A DNA stretch of 64,000 bases from Lepidodermella squamata. Taxonomy: Eukaryota; Animalia; Gastrotricha. Below the pieces are notes generated by a model, which saw only the letters and a list, made by a program, of their open reading frames with translations, was not told the origin of the DNA and did no database searches. The translations under genes and the position numbers were made by a program. Positions 35,301 through 46,836 of this stretch are shown here, piece after piece. Where the stretch lies: positions 806,001 to 870,000 of the forward strand of contig JBLDXI010000036.1 in NCBI GenBank assembly GCA_047495785.1, written 5' to 3'. The first letter of the stretch is position 1; every line of letters begins with the position of its first letter.

Positions 35301-38300
35301 AAAAATCCTCCTCAGAAAAACCTGAAAGCATTGCGAGTGAAGAGTCATTTCACAGTGTTACAGGCGAGAAAGCTGAGGAGGGGCAGCTGGAGGAAATTGA
35401 TAAGATTCCCCAGCCTGCTTATCAAAATTTCGAATACGACAATGGTCCAATGGCATCAAAGGAAGAGTTGCAACCAGATCAGGGATTTCAAAGTCTTAAA
35501 GATTCTGTGGAACAAGCTGAAGAATTAGCAACATCTACGCCCCTTTTGTCTCCTTCAATTGAGGAAGAAAAATCAATAACGGAATTAGCTGATCAATCAG
35601 CCAAGGAAGTTGGAAACGAAAGCGCTACGGCCAAAGTAGCCGATGAGATATTGGCAGAAAGTGACAGTCAACCTGACCCTGTAATTCAGACTAATACCTC
35701 TGAAGCGCTGGCTTTAGATCAACACCTTAGCAGTGCTATCCCGGCGGAGGTTGAGCGGTCAGGCGGAGGAAGTACAGCTGTATCTGACGCGATTCCTATC
35801 GAGAACTCTGAGGAAAGATCGGCCGGAGAGGAAGTCGTCGCGGAGCAGTTCATGGCCAAGCTGGAAACGGCTAGCTCAATCACGAGCCCAATGAGTGATG
35901 TCTCTGCTACCTCCATGACCGACTCAAAATATGAAAAATCTCAAGCTGACCCTGAGGCTGGGGAGACAAAGGGCCTGAATCCGGAGAATGTTGCCAATGT
36001 TCAGGACGAATCCGAAGCTAAAAAAGGTCCAGAATACGGTCTCAAAGCTGCATTTGAGTCCTCAGTTGAAGATGGAGCTGTAGAAACTTCACCGGAGCAA
36101 GATTCAGATAAAACTGTCACCCCTGGGATTACCCCGAGTGCATCCGAAGATCATACAGAAGGTACCGGTGAAGTGCTGAATCCCGAGGCAATTGAAGACG
36201 AGATTGAAGCGAGGTCAAGCGATGTTATTCCAAACACGGAAGTCGCTGTCGAAACGGCAATGAAAAGCGACGATTCCTTGGATAACTTGGACCAAGTGAT
36301 GAAGGATGAGGAGGTCATCCCAGAATCGGCCATTGTCGAGTCTTTATCCGACCCTAAGTCAATCACAGAACCTAATGAAAAAAGCCAACTCAATCCTGAT
36401 TCAGCAGTGATGCAACCCGAGAGCTTGGTTTCAACTACAAGCGGAAAGGTTTCTATGTTAATCCTCGAGAATGCGGAAGAATCAATTAAGGAACCCTTGC
36501 AAGACGATTCAGAGCTCGTCGATTCCTTGACCCAAGAAACAGCCACGGAATTAGATAGGAAAGTGGAAAAAGCCCCGGAGATCTGTGCAGCTGTGATTGA
36601 TACTCCTGAAGATATAACAGCGGCACAGGATGAACATTTACCTGAAAAGACCTTAGTTAGAGGTGATGAGCCTTTTGATGAGCCCATATCGGCTGAATCA
36701 ACGGAGCTCAAAGTCGAATCTTTCGTTGGAATTCCAGCGAAAGATGAAGGTCGACTCGAAAACGAGTTGGGTTCAACACTCGAAGCTGGCGAAACGGATA
36801 CAGATCTTCCAGAGCTGGATAACCAGGTTGGAAATGCTGAGGAGACTATTCAACCTGATCTCAACGCTAGTCAAAGTGGAGACAAGTTTATGCTGGATTC
36901 GGAAATCCCCAAGCTAGCAGCCGAGGAACCAATGATAGAAGCCAGCAAAAGTCAAGTGGGCGAGACCGAAGGGCTATCATCTCAAGCTGAAGCTTTGGAG
37001 GCTTCTGAATCTAGTGAGAAATGTGAGGATTCTGGGCTTATTGCATCAAATGAGGAAACCTCCGGACTAATCGCGGAAGAATCTGGCCTTTCGCAAGTTG
37101 AACCTCAATTTGAAGAAAAAGACTCAAGAAAAGTTGCCGCTGATGATCAGCATGATCAGCCGGAGAAACAATTCAAAGATCAAACTGAAACAGGCGTGGA
37201 GGCGACGGAATTCGACCTAAACCGTGATTCTTTCTCGGAGCATATCACAGCTGAGATAACTTCCGATCAGTCAGTGTCGGAGGAAATCCATGTAGAGAGG
37301 CACGATCCTTTCCCAGAGCGGACTGAGACAATTGTTGGAGTTCATGAAGGGCCTGACAACGTGGATAGCGATCTTTCAGAAGTTGACTTGGTTGAAGCAC
37401 CTCAGACAAATTTGAATCCCACGGCTACCACCCTCCAAGAAGCCCATGAAGATGAGATTGTTGCTGAAGATTCCAACACTGTTAAAGATAAGATCGAAGA
37501 GCAAGATCTACCGGCTTCTTCTTCTGCTGTTGAGGAAATCGGCATTTCAAGTCTGTCTTCTGAGAAATCTCAAACTGAAGCTTCAGAGGCTCCGATTTCT
37601 CCTACTGGCCGAAGCTCCGTCGAAGAGGCAGTTGGTATCCCGATCAAAACAGAAGTGATCTCTGATGAGCTAACGGACGAGTCTGAGCTGCTTGATATCG
37701 CCGAACTATCCAAGAAAATTCCTAGCTCTGGAACGTCTAGTGAACAATGGAAAGATGACCATGAATCAGCTTCATCTGCGGAAAATCCCACTGAGCTAAC
37801 TGAAACGGGTAAAATATTTGTTTTATTATAATAAACCAAAGTAATATATATATTTTCTCTCAGATGTTGTCACTGAGTCGACCGTGGCCAATTCTGCCGA
37901 AGAAAATAGGGATCAAGTGGGAAAGCAAGAGCTTATTGATGAGACGCCACCTGTTGTTGAAGCACATGCAAGTTTGACAGAGGATACGCTTGAAGAGCAA
38001 ACGGCCCAGTTGAGCTTAGATCAAGAAAAAGAGGCTGATATAGCTGAACAGCTAGTAAGCGAGATTCCCTCTGATCAATCCGGCCTTGCTATTGCCGAGG
38101 AGCTAAATAAGATCGAACAACCGCACGAAATGTCGTTTGAAGATGAACCGGGGACTGATTCAAAGGGTGACGCCACTCGTGGTGTTGATACTAAAATGGA
38201 AGAAGATCTTGATCTATCTCTGGAAGAAAAGATGGTCGAACGCCCCGGGCCAGTCGATAAGACCTCTTCTTTCGACAAGATGGAAGAAATCACCGGTCGC

Positions 38301-41300
38301 ACTGAAGTTTCAGCTGAAATGGAACTAGCTGATAGTCATCAAGCTGCTATAGATGCTGCAACTGAAGACACGACTTCTGCAACTCAGCTTAAAGAAGCGG
38401 ATGTCTCAGATGAAGCAATCATCCAAGAAACATCCGGTACATCTGATATAGTTCATAAAGTAGACGAGGCCGCGCAATCGTTGCTTGAAATCTCATCAAC
38501 AGCTGATGAGCCAACGGCCGTCACTTCTCCTAGCGAAGGTCCAAGCCAAGGCGAATCTGCAGAAATAATTCAAACCGATGTGATTCCAACCACGCAAGCT
38601 GATCCTACTTCTGCAGTAGCAGAGATTCTCGTGGAAAATAAGTTTGACGATGATGTTACCTCGAATCTCACAGATGCTAGCGAAAACGAACCGGTGGGAA
38701 ATGCTCGAGCAACCAATCAAGCTGAAGCTGGAAAAGCGGAGGAGGATACCTCAAAAGGATCGGTTGATGATAGGCTCGAAGAGCAAACAGCAAAGTTGGA
38801 CTTCGCTCACGAGGAAGATCTTGAGAAGACCGAACAGCCGGTAGCTGAGCTTTCTTCTCATCAAGCTCCATCTCAAGAGAAGACTGATAACAACAAAGAT
38901 CCTGTCGTTCCGACTTTGCCCGAGGAAGCTGCAGTTGATGCTGAGCTGTCTGTTCCAGTCGATTTTGCTTCGAAGGGCGGTAGCAATCTTGATGAAGATA
39001 CTAAAATTGAGGAAAATGTTGATTTACCTCTCGAAGAAATGCTGGTTGAACGCCCGGGGCCGGTCGAAGAAACCTCTTCTCACGGCAAGATGGATGAAGT
39101 TACTGGTCAAATCGAAGTTGCAGCTCAAGATGAGTCAGCGGATAGCTATCAAGCAACCTTGGATGCTACAACTGGAACCTTGGTGGAAGAAGCTGCTGCC
39201 TCAGATGAAGCAATTATCCAAGAACTATCAGATTCTCCTGTAGCTGAGGACGAAATTGCTGCTGTAGAAGATGAGACGGCGCAACCATCAACAGCTGAAA
39301 AACCTATTGGAGAACCAGGCCAAGGTGAATCTGCGGAAATAATTCAAACGGAATTTCACGACATTCGAACCACGCAAGAGGCTCCTGCTTCTACAATTAT
39401 GGAAATTCCAGCGGGGAATGAATTTGCAGATGATGTTCCCCCGAATCCCACAGATGCCTGCGTAAACGAGCCGGTGGTAGAACCTCAATTAACGAGCCTG
39501 GTCGAAGCTCGAGAAGTGGAGGATGTTCTGGGCACTGAAGCTATCCGACCTCCAGAATTCTATCAAGAGATGAATAGTTCTGAGCCCAAAGATTCCTCAA
39601 TTGCCGAATTTCCCGATCTCAGCGGAAATGTAATTCCTTCAGATTCTCAAGCAAAAATCAGCATTCAGTCAGAAAATGTAGAAGAAATCTCAATCACGGA
39701 TGACCAACTGCCTGTAGATGACACGCAGCCGGTGATTGAAGAGCCAACCATCATTCAGTCTCAAGCAGTTCCTCTGGGGAATGACGATTGCACCCTGCCT
39801 CCTCGTTCAGTTGAAGTTGAAGACACAGTAGATATTCCAGAACAACAGTCGAGCCACGAGGATTCCCCCTTGGAGCTTGCAACAATCGATTCGGGAGAAA
39901 TTGCAGAGCCCAAGAAGTCATCGGATGAGTCAGAAATTACCGGTCAAGAATCGTTCCCCGACAATTCCGGGAAAGAACTGGACAGTGAATCAACAATCCG
40001 TGATTCTGATTCTGTTGAGAAGGTAGATCTACAAGCTAAACAGGGAATCTTGCCTCTCCTGCAAACATCATCTGATCTGGATGTTGGCGGATCGACAAAT
40101 AAATCCGACGCACTCGATGCTGTGTTGTCTGAAATTACGACAAAAGAAGAAGCAAAAGCGGCGCCTGGAGAAGAATCGGAGACACTCGATGCCCCAGCGA
40201 AATCGGAGGAGAATTTAAAAATCGAAGAAATGAAACCTGATGAGATGGGGGTAAAGGCTACAGACCTAGCCTCAGATGATAATGCCCAGAAATTTGAGGC
40301 TGAAATCGGAGAGCTGAAGGTGGCGACTCAGGATCATCTCGACGAAACACTCTCATCACCGAGTCGGGCAGAAATCAAAGCTGAAATCGCCGAGACTTAT
40401 TCCGCCCTGATGGAAGAGAAGATGATGGAGGCTCCTCTTGAGAAAGGCGATGAAGTCGATGTCTCGAGTCTCGAACGACAAATACCGGCCGATTATTCAA
40501 TCAATGAGCCTCAAAGAACTCCAAATGCTGCTCAAGACTCAGCCGAAATAATTCAAGAAGAACTGCCTATTGATGAGCCATTTGACTCTGCGGATATCCC
40601 GAATCCTGGCGGAGCTCCAGTAGAATTCTTCGATGATGAAGATGATCTACCTCAAGCTAGGGCGAGCTTCAGTGATGATTTCTTTGATCAACCTGATGGC
40701 AATCTTCAGCCGAACCCTGAGCAATGGCAAGAGCCGGACGGTTCATCCACAACTGAGTTGGTTTCAATGCAAGCGTTATCGCCTTCAACAGACGGACCTC
40801 TGGAGGGAGATGAAGATGGCGTCCCAGAGTCGGCCGGCGAGGATGATTATTCACGGGCTTCGGTAAGGGTCTTCGAGAGATCAGAGACGTCTTCTCCTGA
40901 AAAACTCGATGAAGCGGATCCCATACAAGAAAAAGTCGTTACATCAGCCGAGGCTGGGGAAGAGATCAATCCTCCACCCCCCGATCACAGTGAGGTTCAA
41001 AAGGGATTCGAGGATAATACTGCCCCGGAAAAGGAGGATTCCCCTAGAAATCTCAAGACCTATTCGACGGTTTTGAAACAGGCCAGTGGAATCCCGCGTC
41101 CAACTTCCCCGATCTCCCAGCCTATCCCGATCAGCCCACCAATGCAATCAAGGCTGGCGAGTAACATTCCAAGGCCAGCTTCAAGGCCGATGTCTCCAGA
41201 ATTAGGTCAAAAGGTTCCTCCTATTCAAACTGAACCTCAATCTCCTTCTGATTTTCGAGAGAAGGAGGTTGAGCGAACCTCGGAGATGCTGGTCGAAAAA

Positions 41301-41504
41301 AGCCAGTCGAAAGTCCAGCTCGACGTACCTGGTCTGAAGGTTGATGATCCTGAAAAGAAAAGCCTCGCTAGCTCGAACGAGAGCGTGAATTCAGCCGATG
41401 CCTACTTCAGTGCTGCGGAGGAAGATGACTCGTCGAAGCCGTCAAGCAAGCCAAGTCTAATTCCTGTATTGAAACCTGATACTAAGGACAGTGATAAAAA
41501 ATGA
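32308..41504 (+). CDS. SH3BGR: SH3BGR-family protein with giant acidic disordered extension (~2880 aa, 5 exons)
   Basis: Exons 32308-32352, 32407-32592, 32982-33077, 33134-37808, 37864-41504 splice in frame (8643 nt). N-terminal MAIRIFSS...QQRHLFDILQTKKIAYDEIDI...IPPQIFSGDAYCGNYEDF...LWTFLRL matches the SH3BGR thioredoxin-like domain. AATAAA ~41653. Confidence 0.8.
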
Positions 41505-42046
41505 TTAACCTTGTATATATCTGCTTCAATTATTCATTAGTCTAGCTTTTGAACTGGGAAAAACATACATTGTGATTTCAGGTAGCGTTTAGTTATCCTG
41601 CTTTGTAGAATAGATTTTCATCTCGTTTTATTTGCTCAGATAGGTTTATTGGAATAAAACTTAATTATGCAGTTTTGTTGTTGACAACAGTGTCTAAATC
41701 TACACAGGAATTATAGTAATCGCTATAGGAAGAAACCGTTCAAAGCAAGAAGAATATTGGATACTCGAACTCAACGTCAACGAGAGGGGCAGAAGCAAAA
41801 GACTTTTTAACTTGTCACCCGTCTACTTGAAACTGAAATTCCCTCTAGTTTTCATCTCCTTTTACTGCATGCTTCTCAGTTGACTTACTTACGTGACAAA
41901 CGTTCGCTCGCCGCTTTCGTGCGCCTTAGCTTCAAATCGATAGAGAAGAAAAAACAATTTAACGCATGGCAGCTGTTCAACACGTGGCAAATGCTCGCAT
42001 AAAGTGTTTGACGCTAATTAATTTTTATTTTTCTTAATTTCCATTA

Positions 42047-42689
42047 ATGAAATTTCCAACTATTCTGGGGGTCTTCCTGACGTTATTTTGCTCTAATGAA
42101 GGAAGTAATTTTGAATAAAATTTCAAGTTTGAACACGACTTTATCCATAAAATGACTTTCAGGTTTACCTAATTTTTACAGCCGAGTTGGTTATTACTGT
42201 GATGCCTTTTGGAAATACATTCCCTCCGTCAAAACAGCCGAACAATGCGGCGAGTTTTGCACTAATTCAAGTTCGCAATGCATGGGCATCGAATATCACC
42301 CGGTAAAACAAGCTTGCGAACTTCACAAGGCGTGCTCATTCAAAAATTTCTACATTCATGGATGGATAACTTGGAAAAAGGATGAATGTAAGAAAAATTG
42401 CGTTTCATTTCTATCTAATGTGCTATTTTGGTGTTGTTCTTCTGGAACAGCTTTTCAAGCCATGGCGAAATTTAGCAAGATCGATAGTTCGTGCAGAAAT
42501 ATTTATATCGCATCTCAAGAGGAAAATCTGGGCAAATGCGCCTCGAAATGCATGAGCCAACGGCCTTGTCGCGGCTTCAATTACGATGCTGCGAAAAAGA
42601 ACTGCCATTTCAGTAGAAATTGTTTAGCCGGATCCCGAACTACCTTACACGCCTTAACAAGCAATAGCTATATTAAACTTGTTAAATAG
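42047..42689 (+). CDS. Secreted protein with two PAN/apple domains, 3 exons
   Basis: Exons 42047-42104, 42163-42387, 42451-42689; signal MKFPTILGVFLTLFC; AEQCGEFC...CMGIEY...CEL and KCASKC...CRGFNY...CHF. Confidence 0.75.
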
Positions 42690-43359
42690 TTTTCAAATGT
42701 TTCATTAATTTTAATGCAAATAAACGGCAAATTAAAATTCAATTCTAATTCATAATTCATTGTAATAATCGTTTCAGCAGTGATGTTCTTCCATTTTTAA
42801 TGAGAACATTCTTTGGTAAATTCCAACTCGTACAGTTTGGCCCTGGTCAAAAATGCTGGCCATCGGGAAAACTCTAAAAAACTCTAAAGTTAATGCGGGG
42901 AAACTTGATTGCCATTTTCAAAGGAATTCGTGCAAGGTGCAATTTCAATCAACGCCTTTTTTCTCAAAGCAGTCCTCCTAGAAAAATAGACCAAGATTGC
43001 GGGTCGCAATGTAGCAATCATTTCTGATACCTTCAAATAGTTGGCATACAGCACGGGCTCAATTTGTTATCGTTTGTCATTTGTTTATAGATTTGTGATG
43101 GGGTCGCCCTGATTTCGTTTTGATGGGGATGGTGCTCAATCCTGTCTATAGTCATTTGAAGCGCAGTGCGCAGGATCTAACCGATCTGGATCTAGGTGGC
43201 TTGGCGCTCAGCCAGGCTTCAGATGACATATTATTAAACTTAGAAATGGCATTCAGCAGTGTATGGAACAGTGTGTGAACGAAGTTGTTAACATGTTTGT
43301 TGAAGGTTGTTTCAATCTTATAATCGATCAAAAGGCTGGGAGACGAATATCCAACGTCC

Positions 43360-43510
43360 AGCGAACTATGAAGGTCGAGTGGAAACCGAGATGGGTTCAA
43401 CACTCGAATCTGGCAAAGCTATGTTACTTACATCTCACAGAGCTTGATACCAAGGTTGGAAATGCGAAATGCCGAGGATCCGCTTGATATCCCCGCTAGT
43501 CAACATGTCG
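43360..43510 (+). pseudogene. Degenerate copy of part of SH3BGR exon 4 (~36735-36900)
   Basis: tccagcgaactatgaaggtcgagtggaaaccgagatgggttcaacactcgaa vs tccagcgaaagatgaaggtcgactcgaaaacgagttgggttcaacactcgaa. Confidence 0.65.
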
Positions 43511-43996
43511 ACACTCACGGTGGATAATTCGAAGTTGGCGAAGATTGATAAACATTTATTTGTCTCATTTTAAACTTGATCCGTTGAAGAACCGAAATCG
43601 GCGAGTTTAAAATTGTGAATTTTCTCGGGCGAAAATGAATTCAGTTTGGCATTCCGGATCGTTAAGCTAGTTTCTGATTTTGCTTACATGAAAAAGCGAA
43701 GAAAACCTGAGAACTACACAGAAATACGGGACATTTCTGAATTTACAATGTTAATGTACGAAAACATTTTTTGTCCGGGTCTAAAAGTCTTATCTGAAAC
43801 TGCTATCAGTGCTTGAAAGTGCTATTTTAGAAGTAAGGTTTTGTTACGGTCGCATGATGGAGTTTCGCACGCCTTGGGTACTATTTATTAATTAGCGAGA
43901 ATTATCGAGAAGCATATTCGAGATAAAAGGTAAAATACTTCGAATGATATTTCATTCCATTTAACTTTTCCCAGCATTTTTCCTAGATAATTGATT

Positions 43997-44338
43997 ATGT
44001 CACGTTTAACCCTTGTCGCATTCGTTTTCACCGCACTTATTGCTGGTTCATGTAAGAAGTCCCATCTAGAAACGCCAGTACTTATTTATCCGTCATGAAT
44101 TTCAGTTGCTTTCCAGTGCTATGTCGGTACAAGTCAAGGTTCAAAGAAAGAGTTCTTCAAGGCCGACAATTGTGAGATGTGCACGAAGCGAATCGATCAA
44201 TATCTCGATATCATGACTGTCACGAAATCCTGCGTCAACAAAAAGCCGGAGGGCGTCGAGATGAAATGCACAACCACGACAACTGGTAGAAATACTACAA
44301 AATATTGCAACTGCGACTCTGAGCTGTGCAACTGGTAA
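43997..44338 (+). CDS. Secreted Ly6/uPAR (three-finger) protein, 2 exons, no GPI tail
   Basis: Exons 43997-44051, 44106-44338: MSRLTLVAFVFTALIAGSFAFQCYVGTSQGSKKEFFKADNCEMCTKRIDQYLDIMTVTKSCVNKKPEGVEMKCTTTTTGRNTTKYCNCDSELCNW*; 8 Cys, xCY start and CxxxxCN end. Confidence 0.8.
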
Positions 44339-44877
44339 CATAGAACATGTTGAGACTGTTGAGATTTAATTTGATTCACAAATGATTGATCTACTAAGAT
44401 GTTGCATTCAGCTCGACTTATTTCTTATAGCAGACCATTAGCCCGAATCTAGCCGAACCTTACTCGAGAGGTCCAGGCAAAAAAACCGAAAAACACCACA
44501 GATCAGATGAACTCGGGGCTGAAAATATACCTAATCGTACCCCACGATTCTTCCGGCAGTTTTCCGAGTTCACTCTAGCATTGTAATAAAGAACGAGGTG
44601 GCGCGCAGCGTCGGTTCGATAAAGTATTAGCACCAAGGCTACTTCCACCAAAGTTGCAATCAACTTTCGTTATCACCTATAGAGGGGAAATATATAGGAG
44701 AACTCATTAGAGACGTCACCTCCCAAAACCTTCATCGTCAAAGGACGTGAGATACAAACTATCTGGCAAATTAAATTGAAAAGCAGCAGCTAAACCGATT
44801 TTTCTGACTTAATGACACGGAACGGGGCAAGATTATTCCTTGACAGCAAAAATAAGGACATTTTATTAAGAGGAGTT

Positions 44878-45890
44878 ATGCAAATTCAAACATTTTTTCC
44901 CATCACTGGTTTCTCAGGAATTTCGGCGATTTTCTACAATGAAACTTCCACTTCCGAATCAGTGGAAAACATGAGCTATCCCATGCCTAAATACGTAATT
45001 GGGCCAACAATGCCTCGAATCGCTAAGTCCTTACCATGTTAGCGTCAGTAAACTATGGAGGCGAATTCCCGATAGGCCCACTTTGATTTCAATCAATTTC
45101 AGTGCAGTGATGTTGCTGCCATCTCGAAATTCATGTACGAAATCAACAACAATGACGGTGCTTACAATAGACTTCCTTTCTTAATCGTTTCCCAATGTGT
45201 AACTTTAATTAATCAGTTAATCAGTTAATCAGTTAATCACTTCGGCCCTAACCATATATATTACAATTTCGTTGGGGCTAGCTCAGAAGTTAGCTCAGAA
45301 GAATTTATTCAATCTGGCTAACATTACTTCGTTGCTCAGATCACTCCAGGGCAATGATCGTCACTTTTAACTGATGATCGAGGCCGTTTCAGCGAGGTAT
45401 TCACCTTAGGAATTCCACCGGAGCAAGTCTACATTGCACTGCTCGACCTCATGTCAGCTTTTCATTGGCATAAATTCGCGATTTTATCAGAAATAAACTC
45501 CCATTTCAACGAAATCGATAGATTCATCCCGGTGTTGCTGGCCAAGCGTGAAATGAACCTGATTTGGCTTGGGAAGGTCACTTACAAATCGGCTGATACC
45601 GATGAAATGCTGGCCGCGTTTCAAGAAACGGCTCGCTATGACCTATGACCCGAGAATCGTGCTGATACACAGCGATTCCCCTGTTTCTATAGGTTGTTGG
45701 CTCTAATGTCTCACGGTTCGGATTTGCCGCGCCTAATCGAGTTCTTATTCAAACTTCATGTAGCTACTTCGACCCTCTTACAGCTGAAATTCCTGAATAT
45801 GTCCGAAGCTGGCGCTCTGTCGAAATGTTGATCGACGTTGCGAGAAGTTCGTCTACTTCGGCGATGGAATTATTAAGGATATGAAGGGAG
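44878..45890 (+). pseudogene. Decayed Venus-flytrap/ANF-receptor-domain gene
   Basis: Fragments VIGP, FQCSDVAAISKF, VYIALLDLMSAFHWHKFAILSE with stops and frameshifts; (TTAATCAG)n at ~45209-45238. Confidence 0.5.
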
Positions 45891-46360
45891 ATGAGGTACT
45901 AGATTCGGGTGGATTGAGCAGGTCGGAATTGTTCGAAAAACTATCGAAAAAAGTGGGGGATGCAGACCGCAATTTTGCCTTCAACATTTGGCCCGAAAAT
46001 ACCCCCTAGTTCGAGGATCCTACTTTTATCGTTGCTATAACAGAAGGCGCAGTAATCATTCAAGGGCAAGCATGCCAATCTGAGAACAATGCATCGGGTT
46101 ATTACGAATGGGTCTGCGGCTTTCTATGCTTGGTGCCTTTTTCTACGTCTATCCTTGGTGCATTTTTGCGCTTACTCTTGTTTATCGCTTTCATCATCTC
46201 TCTAATGTTTTTCGCCATTCAATGCCATATTTGGAGAAAGAATCGCCGATTAAACAATCGAGTATTTACCCAGGTGACGAAGGAATGAAAGGGTCTTATC
46301 GCAGTGGGAAGCCAACTATTATCCTTTCATTTCTTCATCTTTAATTTTCATTTTCACTTC

Positions 46361-46611
46361 ATGGCAAAACTGGCTGTACTTCTTGTCGCTGCTCTGGTAA
46401 GACTTGGCTAACTTTTCTTTTCAGACGCACCTGAATGGCGTAATTTTCTCTACAGGTAGCTAGTTTTCTAGTGATGGGCGCCGCTAGCTTCAGTGCTAGC
46501 GATGCTGCAGCTTGGATTGGCAAGGAATGCGTCAGATACAGTGGCAGGTCGGGTGTGTTTCGATACAACTACAGTATCAATAAGCTTGAGTGCGTCGCTA
46601 GAAGCGGATGA
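46361..46611 (+). CDS. MAKL-family peptide precursor J (divergent, single module)
   Basis: Exons 46361-46396, 46456-46611: MAKLAVLLVAAL|VASFLVMGAASFSASDAAAWIGKECVRYSGRSGVFRYNYSINKLECVARSG*; AATAAA ~46722. Confidence 0.8.
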
Positions 46612-46836
46612 GTGTACATCGGATTTAACGTTTCATTAGACGGATGCGATGAGAGGAATTCAGTTACAATCCGTAAAATCAGCATCACTGTATTCTATTG
46701 TCTCCATGCTGTAGATCACTCAATAAAAAAGAATTATTCGCTTGAATTCCAGCGCCATCCAAAATGTTGTTAGCTGGCCCTTTTTGCGTCGGTCGCTTTC
46801 CCAGCCTTGCGACCTGCGAAGGGTACAAATACAAGT

